The notes under the pieces are model-generated. The model saw only the letters and a program-made list of their open reading frames with translations, had not been told where the DNA came from and ran no database searches. A stretch of DNA of 64,000 nt from a virus. Location of the stretch: the IMG/VR virus record IMGVR_UViG_2907847951_000001, positions 2,430 through 66,429 of that record; one strand, written 5' to 3'. Both the position numbers and the translations under genes were made by a program. Shown piece after piece: positions 46,586 to 54,867 of this stretch (positions within the stretch are counted from its first letter, which is position 1; each line of letters begins with the position of its first letter).

Positions 46586-47442
46586 CTTACAAAATCAGAG
46601 ATCTAAAAGTTGAATTCACTTTAACAGATGGTGAGTTTGAAAGCGGAAGAGGAAATGTTTTAACTATTTCAAATGGAAAGGTAGATTGCGCTATTTCTGC
46701 TTATGGAGGAACTTCAGCCACTCAGATGGACATGAGTGTTTGGGGGTTGTCTCTTGATTATATGGCAAAGATTAGTGGTAAGTCACAAAGACAAACACAA
46801 GCTAAAAAAAACCTTGTGAAGGTTACTGCAGATGGAGAGGTGGTTTTTTTTGGTACGATAATTTCTGCCAGAATCAATCTAACACAATCTCCTGACGCCC
46901 CGCTGGAGATAACCGCGAATACAGCTGGATATTATCAAGCACTACCAATCCCTGATACATATGTTAAAGGTGAAACCACCGCGCAAGACGTTGTAAAATC
47001 AATATGCAATCAGGTCGGGCTTAAATTCGCAAACTATGGCGTAAACACACAGATAAAAGATGTACACTTGAAAGGAAACGCCATTGAGCAAATCAACTCT
47101 ATTGCACACGATTATGGCTTCTCCTTTGAATTGAATTTAGAAACTGTTTCTATATTCAAATATGGTACAGCAAGAGATAACATCATTCCTAGCGTAAGCC
47201 CAGACACAGGCTTGATAGGTTATCCAGTCTTTTACGATTTAGGGATTGCGTTTAGGTGCATGTTCTCTTCATCAATCGTAATCGCCAGGCTTATAGATCT
47301 AAAAACAATGCTTCCAAACGCTTCTGGTAGATATCAGGTATGCGAAGGTACAACGCACTATCTATCATCAAATGTCGAAGGTGGCTTTTGGGAAACTTAT
47401 GTCGTAGGTTTCCCAATATCTCCAGGGGTAAACGATGTCTAA
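46582..47442 (+). CDS. Baseplate hub protein
   Basis: SPDTGLIGYP motif; position before spike. Confidence 0.75.
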   Translation: MTYKIRDLKVEFTLTDGEFESGRGNVLTISNGKVDCAISAYGGTSATQMDMSVWGLSLDYMAKISGKSQRQTQAKKNLVKVTADGEVVFFGTIISARINLTQSPDAPLEITANTAGYYQALPIPDTYVKGETTAQDVVKSICNQVGLKFANYGVNTQIKDVHLKGNAIEQINSIAHDYGFSFELNLETVSIFKYGTARDNIIPSVSPDTGLIGYPVFYDLGIAFRCMFSSSIVIARLIDLKTMLPNASGRYQVCEGTTHYLSSNVEGGFWETYVVGFPISPGVNDV

Positions 47443-48046
47443 AAAACGCACCGTATCTCCGGTGGATTCCAGTTGCGATGCCAATATGCTGGGGTATGTG
47501 TTCGGCAGGCTTATAGGAAACATGACCTTTGTTAAAATTGTTAAAGTCATTGAAGTCGACATATCTAAAGGCATCGTGGATCTGGAAGGCCTCCTGTATA
47601 CAGTCAATGCCAATGGGGAAAGCCTGAATGATGGCGGCAGGTTCTTTTCTATACCATACCTTAGGCTGCAAAGGGGTAGTAGTGCAGTAGTCATGAATCC
47701 AGTAGTTGGTGATATTGGACTTATGGTGTGCTGCGATAGAGATATAACCGGAATCAAAGATACCAAGACAGGATCTGTACCTACAAGCGGTCGCCTACAT
47801 AGTGCAGCAGATGGAATTTACCTCACCTCCATTGCCTGCTTGTCCACAAACCCATCTCAATACATTGAGTTTTCAGATAATAAAATCACTATCGTAGCTC
47901 CACATGGTTTGCATGTAGATGGCGATATTACAACTAATGGAACAATTACGGCGTCGGGCGACGTGATAGGCGCAGGGATTTCACTTGATAACCATGTTCA
48001 TGGTGGGGTAGCATCAGGGGGCTCAACTACGTCAGGGCCGCAATGA
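47435..48046 (+). CDS. Baseplate central spike (gpV/gp45-like)
   Basis: PVVGDIG...CDRDI and C-terminal HVHGGV metal-binding apex. Confidence 0.88.
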   Translation: MSKKRTVSPVDSSCDANMLGYVFGRLIGNMTFVKIVKVIEVDISKGIVDLEGLLYTVNANGESLNDGGRFFSIPYLRLQRGSSAVVMNPVVGDIGLMVCCDRDITGIKDTKTGSVPTSGRLHSAADGIYLTSIACLSTNPSQYIEFSDNKITIVAPHGLHVDGDITTNGTITASGDVIGAGISLDNHVHGGVASGGSTTSGPQ

Positions 48047-48495
48047 TGAAAAAACTAATGGTTATCTTGTTTTTCTCCCCGCTAGCATTGGGCGGAGAGG
48101 CGCCGGTTAAGCACCTTCCATCAACAGAGAAGGTGTCTTTTGCTTGTGATAACCAATCAAGGTTTTATTATTTCGCTGCATTTGCCTCATTGTTATATGT
48201 GGACCCAGCAATTCCTCCATCAGATATTTATGCCAAGACTGGGCGTTACAGCAATGACACCTCTGCTTTTGATTATAATAAAAAAGAGGCTGAAAAATAC
48301 GGTGAGAAAATAATGATATCTAAAGCAGGTACTGAGAGAGCAATTGATTACTTCTATCGCAATCAGGATGATGCCAAATTATTTTCCTCGATGGAGTATC
48401 AATCTTCGTTCTATAAAGTATGCATGCTAAATCCGGTAAGGTATGTTATTTCATATAAGGAACTTGAGTCATCGGGTTTTATGAGAGAGAAATGA
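48043..48495 (+). CDS. Exported AT-rich moron protein
   Basis: MKKLMVILFFSPLALG signal peptide; low GC. Confidence 0.7.
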   Translation: MMKKLMVILFFSPLALGGEAPVKHLPSTEKVSFACDNQSRFYYFAAFASLLYVDPAIPPSDIYAKTGRYSNDTSAFDYNKKEAEKYGEKIMISKAGTERAIDYFYRNQDDAKLFSSMEYQSSFYKVCMLNPVRYVISYKELESSGFMREK

Positions 48496-48499
48496 ATGT

Positions 48500-49048
48500 T
48501 CATTTGCTCATCCCTAACATAGAGCGAATAAATGAACTAAAAGTAGATTTTTTATTTGGTTTCTCTTCTTCATTTTCTAATAAAATGTGTAGTTCACAAC
48601 CACAGCCAAATTCCATTCCTGGAAAAGACTGGCCGTAAGGTGTCTGGCATCCATTTTTAATCACAAAGATTGCGTCATTCAGACTTTCATGGGTTTTCCG
48701 ATTGGTAGCCTTGCAACTTCCGGCTCTAAACTTCCATTTGCCATTTTTTATTCCTTGACTGATGGCAGCGTTTTTTGCCCTCTCTGAGCTGGCTTTGCCT
48801 CTAAAAGATAAACTAATGATGGCTGATTGCTTCTCATCTAGACCAAAGTGAATCGCGATCTGCTTCCTGAAGGAATAAGGATCTCTGCCGTTGTTGCATT
48901 CATCTCTGTAAAATTTTTCTAATGAAGTTAACGCTCCCTTTTGCCTATATGGATTGAATCCCATGAAAGAAATTGCGACCTGTTCAGCCACGTCTTTATC
49001 AAGCATGGCTAGTTTTATGATGTCATCTACAATATCCTGTTTTTTCAT
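48500..49048 (-). CDS. MuF/gp7-domain paralog downstream of mnt
   Basis: Manual alignment to the C-terminal half of 33270..34067; TAATG overlap with mnt. Confidence 0.75.
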   Translation of the reverse strand: MKKQDIVDDIIKLAMLDKDVAEQVAISFMGFNPYRQKGALTSLEKFYRDECNNGRDPYSFRKQIAIHFGLDEKQSAIISLSFRGKASSERAKNAAISQGIKNGKWKFRAGSCKATNRKTHESLNDAIFVIKNGCQTPYGQSFPGMEFGCGCELHILLENEEEKPNKKSTFSSFIRSMLGMSK

Positions 49049-49302
49049 TATTTATCTTTAGCATTGCTTTGATAGAGGGAGCTAAGGGTTTCATAAACCA
49101 TTTTTTTGACTAGTTCAGACTGCTCTTCTGCAATGGCCATGGCATTGTCGTTAGATGTTGTCGATGGTTTATCAAGCGCATCTTGCACGATTTGAAGCAA
49201 CTCAGCATTGAACGATCGCCCATTGGCGATAGCTCTATCCTTAAGTTTTTTCTTCACATCAGCCGGCATTCGGAATGTGAATTTTGGTTCATCTCTGGCC
49301 AT
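49048..49302 (-). CDS. mnt: Mnt repressor
   Basis: MARDEPKFTFRMP...NGRS.N.ELLQIVQDAL.KP...EQSELVKKMV matches P22 Mnt. Confidence 0.9.
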   Translation of the reverse strand: MARDEPKFTFRMPADVKKKLKDRAIANGRSFNAELLQIVQDALDKPSTTSNDNAMAIAEEQSELVKKMVYETLSSLYQSNAKDK

Positions 49303-49324
49303 ATTGAGTTCCATTGTTTAAGAA

Positions 49325-49377
49325 TTGACATGATAGAAGCAGTCTACTATATTCTCAATAAGGTCACGGTGACCCCA
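49325..49377 (+). promoter_or_regulatory. Pant with Arc and Mnt operators
   Basis: TTGACA-17-TATATT; ATGATAGAAGCAGTCTACTAT (P22 Oarc-like); GGTCACGGTGACC palindrome at the Omnt position. Confidence 0.85.
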
Positions 49378-49387
49378 TGGAGGCAAG

Positions 49388-49549
49388 ATGAAAGGCATGA
49401 GCAAAAATCCGCAGTTCAATCTGCGATGGCCGAAAGACGTTCTGGATATGGTTCGCAAGGTTGCGGAAGAAAATGGAAGGTCTGTTAACTCGGAGATCTA
49501 CCAGAGGGTAATGGAGAGCTTTAAAAAAGAAGGACGCTTAAGTGTTTAA
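49388..49549 (+). CDS. arc: Arc repressor
   Basis: Manual translation MKGMSKNPQFNLRWPKDVLDMVRKVAEENGRSVNSEIYQRVMESFKKEGRLSV, nearly identical to P22 Arc. Confidence 0.95.
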   Translation: MKGMSKNPQFNLRWPKDVLDMVRKVAEENGRSVNSEIYQRVMESFKKEGRLSV

Positions 49550-49617
49550 AAAGTTGAAGCCCCAACTGCTGTAACAGTCAGGGCTTCGGTATCAACAAAC
49601 CACCTAGGAATGATGAC
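49550..49617 (-). ncRNA. sar: Sar antisense RNA
   Basis: GAAGCCCCAACTGCTGTAACAGTCAGGGCTTC hairpin in the arc-ant gap as in P22; minus-strand TATACT -10 in the ant start. Confidence 0.75.
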
Positions 49618-50601
49618 ATGACAAGTATAGCAATTCTTGAAGCTGTTAACACCTCTTACGTCCCATTCAACGGGCAGCAAATTATCACGGCGATGGCTGC
49701 CGGTGTTGCATATGTTGCGATGAAACCAATCGTTGAAAACCTCGGCATGAGTTGGTCTACTCAGCAAACAAAGCTGATGAAACAACTGGAAAAATTCAAC
49801 TGTGTTCATATGAACATGGTTGCTGCTGATGGCAAGTTGCGCAAACTTCTTTGCCTCCCCCTGAAGAAGCTCAACGGCTGGCTTTTCAGCATCAACCCTG
49901 AAAAAGTTCGTGCTGATATTCGCGACAAGCTGATTCAGTATCAGGAAGAGTGCTTTACCGCCCTTCACGACTATTGGTCTAAAGGGATTGCCATTAAGTC
50001 AGCGCCTGAGACCACTGTCGATGAGCGAACTCCGCTGCGCGGAATTGTTAATCGCATCATGGGCAAGTACGGCCTGACTTATCAGTCAGTGTACAAAATG
50101 GTTCACAAAGAGTTTGGGGTAAGGCACATCGATGAGTTATCCCCCAAGCAAACTGCAGAAGCTGTCGAGTACCTTGCCTCGAAAGCAATTGAAGGCGAGT
50201 TCATTGCAAGGAAAGAGAAAAACAACTTTTCTGGTGATTATAATTTCCCGCTTCAAAGCGCAGACCCTGCCAGCAGATCTTTTGGGAACGTTTGGATGAC
50301 GCCAAAGGTTATTTTGGATGAGAGCAATCCAGCTCCTGAGCTGGAACTACTGGATAGGCTTGAAAAAGATGGTTATTGCGTCGATGGCGTAAGGCTGCGC
50401 ATACATTCAATGTATCAGATAGCCAAATATCATCTTGATATGCAGGCTGCAATATCTTCTGCTGCGGTCAGCCTGGGTTTCATAAATGACTCTCTGAAAT
50501 CCCAGTCCAAGGAAAGGGGGCTTAACGTCATCTTCAATGGAAGCAAGTGTATGAAAGAGGGGCCCATAACAGGACTCCCCGAAAGGTCCCTAAAAAGATA
50601 A
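49618..50601 (+). CDS. ant: Antirepressor Ant (P22 Ant N-domain)
   Basis: [18 protein letters not shown]...[25 protein letters not shown] matches P22 Ant. Confidence 0.92.
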   Translation: MTSIAILEAVNTSYVPFNGQQIITAMAAGVAYVAMKPIVENLGMSWSTQQTKLMKQLEKFNCVHMNMVAADGKLRKLLCLPLKKLNGWLFSINPEKVRADIRDKLIQYQEECFTALHDYWSKGIAIKSAPETTVDERTPLRGIVNRIMGKYGLTYQSVYKMVHKEFGVRHIDELSPKQTAEAVEYLASKAIEGEFIARKEKNNFSGDYNFPLQSADPASRSFGNVWMTPKVILDESNPAPELELLDRLEKDGYCVDGVRLRIHSMYQIAKYHLDMQAAISSAAVSLGFINDSLKSQSKERGLNVIFNGSKCMKEGPITGLPERSLKR

Positions 50602-50610
50602 AAATCCTTA

Positions 50611-50635
50611 AACCTCGCTTCGGCGGGGTTTTTTT
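50611..50635 (+). terminator. Intrinsic terminator after ant
   Basis: AACCTCGC-TTCG-GCGGGGTT TTTTT. Confidence 0.75.
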
Positions 50636-50650
50636 ATGCCCGGAGAAAAC

Positions 50651-51010
50651 GTGATCACCTCTTCTTTGTATCTAAACCCCGACACGTGGGATATCGAACT
50701 TGATGATACTGGCAACATTGCTGTGGTGGAAAATCCCTACGCATGCGCTCAGGACGTGGCAACCGCGTGCTCTGCGTTTCGTGGCGAGTGCATTTACGAC
50801 GTAAATATTGGTGTTCCTTACTATCCGACAATTCTCGGCAAAAACCCTGGCTCAGGCGTCGTACAAAGCGCTCTGGAGGCAGAGGCTCTACGCCTGCCTT
50901 ACATCGCCACGGCTGATGCCACGGTCGTCACAAATCGCGCTGAGCGAGTTTGCGGCGGGGTGATTGTAGTAACCGATACAAACGGCCTTTCCCGCACCGT
51001 TAACCTTTGA
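50651..51010 (+). CDS. Baseplate wedge protein (gpW/gp25-like)
   Basis: WDI.LD..GNIA...AQDVA.AC..F.GE..YD...G.PY motif. Confidence 0.8.
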   Translation: MITSSLYLNPDTWDIELDDTGNIAVVENPYACAQDVATACSAFRGECIYDVNIGVPYYPTILGKNPGSGVVQSALEAEALRLPYIATADATVVTNRAERVCGGVIVVTDTNGLSRTVNL

Positions 51011-51017
51011 GGCTAAA

Positions 51018-52250
51018 ATGTCCACAACAATAACCACCTCGGTGCCATCAGTCACATTTTCAACTACCGGCTTAGATGTCCCTGACGAGGCTGATATCCT
51101 CGCCGGCCGGCTGACAGACCTTTCCACTGCTCTCGGTACGTCGATGAGCAAAGAGCTTACTACGCCGCAGGGTCAGATTGCTGTCGCCGACACCGCTATC
51201 ATTGCGGATAAAAACGACCAGTGCCTCGCCATTATGAACATGGTCAACCCGGATTACTCAACCGGCAGGTGGCAGGATGCTATCGGGCGCATTTACTTCA
51301 TCGACCGCAAAGGCGCTTCAGGGACGATTGTGACGGCGACTTGCTCTGGTCTTGTAGGAACACTCATCCCTGCCGGATCGATCGCTCAGGATGCGAATGG
51401 CTATCTCTATTTCTCATTATCTGATGCCACCATCGGCTCTGATGGTTCGGCATCTGTTGAATTTCAGAATCAGACCACTGGTCCAATCGCCTGCCCAATC
51501 GGTGAGTTAAACACGATTTACAAAGCGGTATCTGGATGGTCAACCATTACCAACGTTGCTGCAGGAGTTCTCGGGTCAGATGAGGAGGGGCGTGCAGCAT
51601 TTGAGTATCGTCGCAGGCAGTCAGTTGCTAAGAATGCCAGCAACACGCTTGCAGCAATTTATGCGGCCATTCTTGAGGTTGACGGCGTCACTGATGCTTA
51701 CGTCACCGATAACAAGACCAGCACCGCTGTAGAGAAAGGCGTAACTAATTACAGCATAGCGCCACACTCGTTTTATGCGGCTGTATATGGTGGTTCGGAC
51801 GCGGATATTGCCAAGGCGATCTGGAGCGCCGCCCCTCCTGGTGTAGATATGAATGGTGACACGTCTTACACCGTTCAGGACACGGAAAACTACGTTTATC
51901 CCTATCCGTCGTATGACATCAGATGGGAAACGCCAACGCCGACAAGCATGTATGTCGAGGTTCAGATTGTGCAAAGCAACCTGCTACCGAGTGACGTTAC
52001 AAACCAGATTAAGGCCGCCATCCAGAAGGCATTCAATGGTGAGGACGGCGGAACCCGGGCGCGCATAGGGTCTAAAGTTTTTGCCGGCCGTTATTACTCT
52101 GGCATCCAGGCGATTGACCCTAACAACATGGAAATACTCGGCATCACGCTATCCCTGGATGGTCTTTCTTATGGGCCGTCCGTGGAGTTTGGCATAGATG
52201 AAATCCCGACTTTGGATGATGCAAATATTCTGGTGATTATCTCAAGCTAA
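51018..52250 (+). CDS. Baseplate J-like protein
   Basis: TPQGQ, GRWQDAIGRIYF, G...E....FE.RR motifs. Confidence 0.88.
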   Translation: MSTTITTSVPSVTFSTTGLDVPDEADILAGRLTDLSTALGTSMSKELTTPQGQIAVADTAIIADKNDQCLAIMNMVNPDYSTGRWQDAIGRIYFIDRKGASGTIVTATCSGLVGTLIPAGSIAQDANGYLYFSLSDATIGSDGSASVEFQNQTTGPIACPIGELNTIYKAVSGWSTITNVAAGVLGSDEEGRAAFEYRRRQSVAKNASNTLAAIYAAILEVDGVTDAYVTDNKTSTAVEKGVTNYSIAPHSFYAAVYGGSDADIAKAIWSAAPPGVDMNGDTSYTVQDTENYVYPYPSYDIRWETPTPTSMYVEVQIVQSNLLPSDVTNQIKAAIQKAFNGEDGGTRARIGSKVFAGRYYSGIQAIDPNNMEILGITLSLDGLSYGPSVEFGIDEIPTLDDANILVIISS

Positions 52251-52801
52251 TGAATACCTGGGTCTGCGTTGCCTCCGGGCCATCGCTGACGCGCGAAGAC
52301 TGCATCCTCGTCGAAGAGTCACAACTCCCCGTTATCGCAGTTAACTCCAGTTGGGAAATGATACCCGGTTGTCAGTACGTCTATGCCGGCGATCACACCT
52401 GGTGGGCTGCGAACTTTAACGATGTGCCTGCTGACAAATGCAGATTTACCAGCGTGCATGCAACGGCCACTCAATTTTCCATCAACTATTTCGAGCCACC
52501 TGTCAGGGGATCATTTAACTCAGGGCAGAGAGCCATTCTCCTCGCAAAGCATCTGGGCGCGAAACGGATAATCCTTCTCGGTTACGACTGCTCTCTAAAG
52601 GCAGGCATTCACTGGCATGGGAAGCATGAAAGAGGGTTGCGTAATCCTGATGCGGATAGCCTTAAGCGCTGGCGTGGAGAGTTTCGTCAGGTTCTGCCTG
52701 TTGTAGGCGAGGGAAACATCATCAACTGCTCAAGGCATACCGAACTGGATATGTTTCAGGTTGGAAATTTAGAAGAAGAACTATGCAAAAGTTTTTTATA
52801 G
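52250..52801 (+). CDS. Maf/DUF115/CstII-like putative CMP-sugar glycosyltransferase
   Basis: VASGPSL, VIAVN, NSG..AI.LA..LGAKRI.LLGYD, HWHG.H, IINCS motifs. Confidence 0.7.
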   Translation: MNTWVCVASGPSLTREDCILVEESQLPVIAVNSSWEMIPGCQYVYAGDHTWWAANFNDVPADKCRFTSVHATATQFSINYFEPPVRGSFNSGQRAILLAKHLGAKRIILLGYDCSLKAGIHWHGKHERGLRNPDADSLKRWRGEFRQVLPVVGEGNIINCSRHTELDMFQVGNLEEELCKSFL

Positions 52802-53670
52802 ACGGGATGCTCGGCATTGGTGACAACATCATGCAGCGACCATTTGTCAAAAAGATGGTCGAGAAAGGAAATGAGGTCTGGATTAAAACGGCCACCCCGG
52901 AAATCTACATCGACATACCCGGGCTTCATTTCGTCAAATCGGGTACATCACTGCGAACACAGCATCGCAACGAAGAAGCATCTGGTGTTGCGTGGGAAGC
53001 GCTTCCTGAAGATCACCTCATTATCCGGAAGAAAATCTTCTACGGCACTGTTGAGCTAAGTCGAGGAAGTGTCTTTGACGCCGGCAGGCGGCAGTTTGGC
53101 ATCGAGCCAACCAGATTAGACCTTCCATCATTCACGCTTCCAGATATCGGCATCCCGACCAATAAGAAGGTGGCTCTCATCAGGCCAACTACAGAGCGCC
53201 GAGAGTGGCACAACGCCGCCAGAGGTCCGTTAAACGGACACGTTGACCAGGCCTCCAGATACCTTGCCCAACTAGGTTATTTCTGTATCAGCGTAGCGGA
53301 TTTACAGCCAGGCGTTGAGTGGATCCCCGATAACGAGCCATTTGCTCATCTGAAGCTCCACGGCGGCCAGTTGAAGTTAACCGAATTAATGGCCCTGGTA
53401 GAGCGCTCCGATGTTGTTGTGACGGGCAGTGGACTGATTTCACAGATGGCTTTTGCATATCGCAGGCACACCATTTTTCTCGGTGGTGGCTGTGGCGGGT
53501 GCAATCACCACTCAAAGATAACTGACGGACGCCTGATGGATTTATCCCGTTGCCTGTTCCTTTATCCAGACGATTACTGCATGTGCCAGCAGATGAAGCA
53601 CAACTGCAACAAGCACATTTCCGACCTCCATGAAAAGCTGTCCCGGTGGATGCATGAGAAAAATCTCTGA
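52783..53670 (+). CDS. GT9-like (heptosyltransferase-like) glycosyltransferase
   Basis: LGIGDNIMQRP N-terminal motif; LTELMALVERSDVVV..SG...MAFA; C-terminal Cys cluster. Confidence 0.7.
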   Translation: MQKFFIDGMLGIGDNIMQRPFVKKMVEKGNEVWIKTATPEIYIDIPGLHFVKSGTSLRTQHRNEEASGVAWEALPEDHLIIRKKIFYGTVELSRGSVFDAGRRQFGIEPTRLDLPSFTLPDIGIPTNKKVALIRPTTERREWHNAARGPLNGHVDQASRYLAQLGYFCISVADLQPGVEWIPDNEPFAHLKLHGGQLKLTELMALVERSDVVVTGSGLISQMAFAYRRHTIFLGGGCGGCNHHSKITDGRLMDLSRCLFLYPDDYCMCQQMKHNCNKHISDLHEKLSRWMHEKNL

Positions 53671-54265
53671 AATTATTGAGTCAGAACTTAGCTTCTTTCC
53701 TGAGCTGGGGTTCGGATACTTCCCTGTGCCGAAAAATCGCCCTTATGACGAACGGTACTTTGAGAAATACAAAGCAATGGCTGACACGGAAATGGGCCGT
53801 CAGTTGACAGACTTCAGGGTTAACTTTGTCCGTAAGCATCACCAGGGTGATGTATGCGACGTTGGCATTGGCTGCGGCCAGTTTGTTGAAGCATGTGACT
53901 GCAGCGGCTTTGATGTTAACCAGGCTGGCATTGACTGGCTTGAGGCTGAAGGCAGATATCTGGATTTCTACAAACAAGGATGCGACGCGCTGACGTTCTG
54001 GGATGTGCTTGAGCACATTGATGAGCCAGATAAGGCGATCGCCTGCGCCAATAAATGGGTTTTCGTCTCCATACCCGTCTTCGACAGTGCAGAACACATT
54101 CTCAGAAGCCGGCACTTCCGCAAGGATGAGCACATTTTCTATTTCACCAATGACGGCCTGATCCGCTGGTTTGGGGATAACGGCTTTGTGCTCGTCGAAT
54201 CGGTAAACACCGAATCAGAAATAGGCCGCGACGGCATAACAACGTATGCATTCAGACGGGAGTAA
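53654..54265 (+). CDS. Class I SAM-dependent methyltransferase
   Basis: DVGIGCGQF and TFWDVLEHI motifs. Confidence 0.85.
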   Translation: MRKISEIIESELSFFPELGFGYFPVPKNRPYDERYFEKYKAMADTEMGRQLTDFRVNFVRKHHQGDVCDVGIGCGQFVEACDCSGFDVNQAGIDWLEAEGRYLDFYKQGCDALTFWDVLEHIDEPDKAIACANKWVFVSIPVFDSAEHILRSRHFRKDEHIFYFTNDGLIRWFGDNGFVLVESVNTESEIGRDGITTYAFRRE

Positions 54266-54267
54266 TT

Positions 54268-54867
54268 ATGGAAAGTTACGCTGCTGCGATAATGAGGCAG
54301 TACGTCAATTCAGAAAAACTCCTTTCCCTCATCGAAACATTCAACCAGTCCGTCGGCCCTGACAAATTCATCGAAGACTTCTATGACCTGGTCTGGAACA
54401 TACAAACAGCGACCACTTACGGCCTGAATGTGTGGGGGAAAATTGTCGTAATAGACAGAACACTGACCGTAACAGAAAACAAAGTCTATCTCGGTTTCAA
54501 GCAAGCTCTTAGCCACCCTCCGGTAGTAGATGACCCACAGCCATTCAATCAGGCTCCGTTTTACGTCAGGGACTCGAACGTTACTTCAACCGTGACGTTA
54601 ACCGATGATGCCTACCGAAAACTCATTATGTGCAAGGCGATGGCAAACATCTCCAACTGCACAATCCCGGCAATGAACAGAATGCTGATGTTCATGTTTG
54701 GTGAAAGCGGCGTCTGCTACGTGAGAAACGATGGCGATATGACCATGAGCTACGTGTTTGAGTTTGAGCTAAGCATGGTAGAGCTGGCGATTGTTCAGAG
54801 TTCTGGCGCCTTGCCTGCGCCGGCGGGAGTTACCGTAAACATTATACAGGTATCCAGTTCATCATGA
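54268..54867 (+). CDS. Baseplate wedge protein (DUF2612)
   Basis: QY.NS..L, W.I.TA..YGL.VWGKIV, L.DD.YR.LI..KA..NI motifs. Confidence 0.85.
   Translation: MESYAAAIMRQYVNSEKLLSLIETFNQSVGPDKFIEDFYDLVWNIQTATTYGLNVWGKIVVIDRTLTVTENKVYLGFKQALSHPPVVDDPQPFNQAPFYVRDSNVTSTVTLTDDAYRKLIMCKAMANISNCTIPAMNRMLMFMFGESGVCYVRNDGDMTMSYVFEFELSMVELAIVQSSGALPAPAGVTVNIIQVSSSS

Noticed and set aside
52250-54265. Classical gtrABC serotype-conversion cassette
   Set aside because: No flippase, bactoprenol glucosyltransferase or polytopic membrane protein; genes are coupled within the late operon rather than near att
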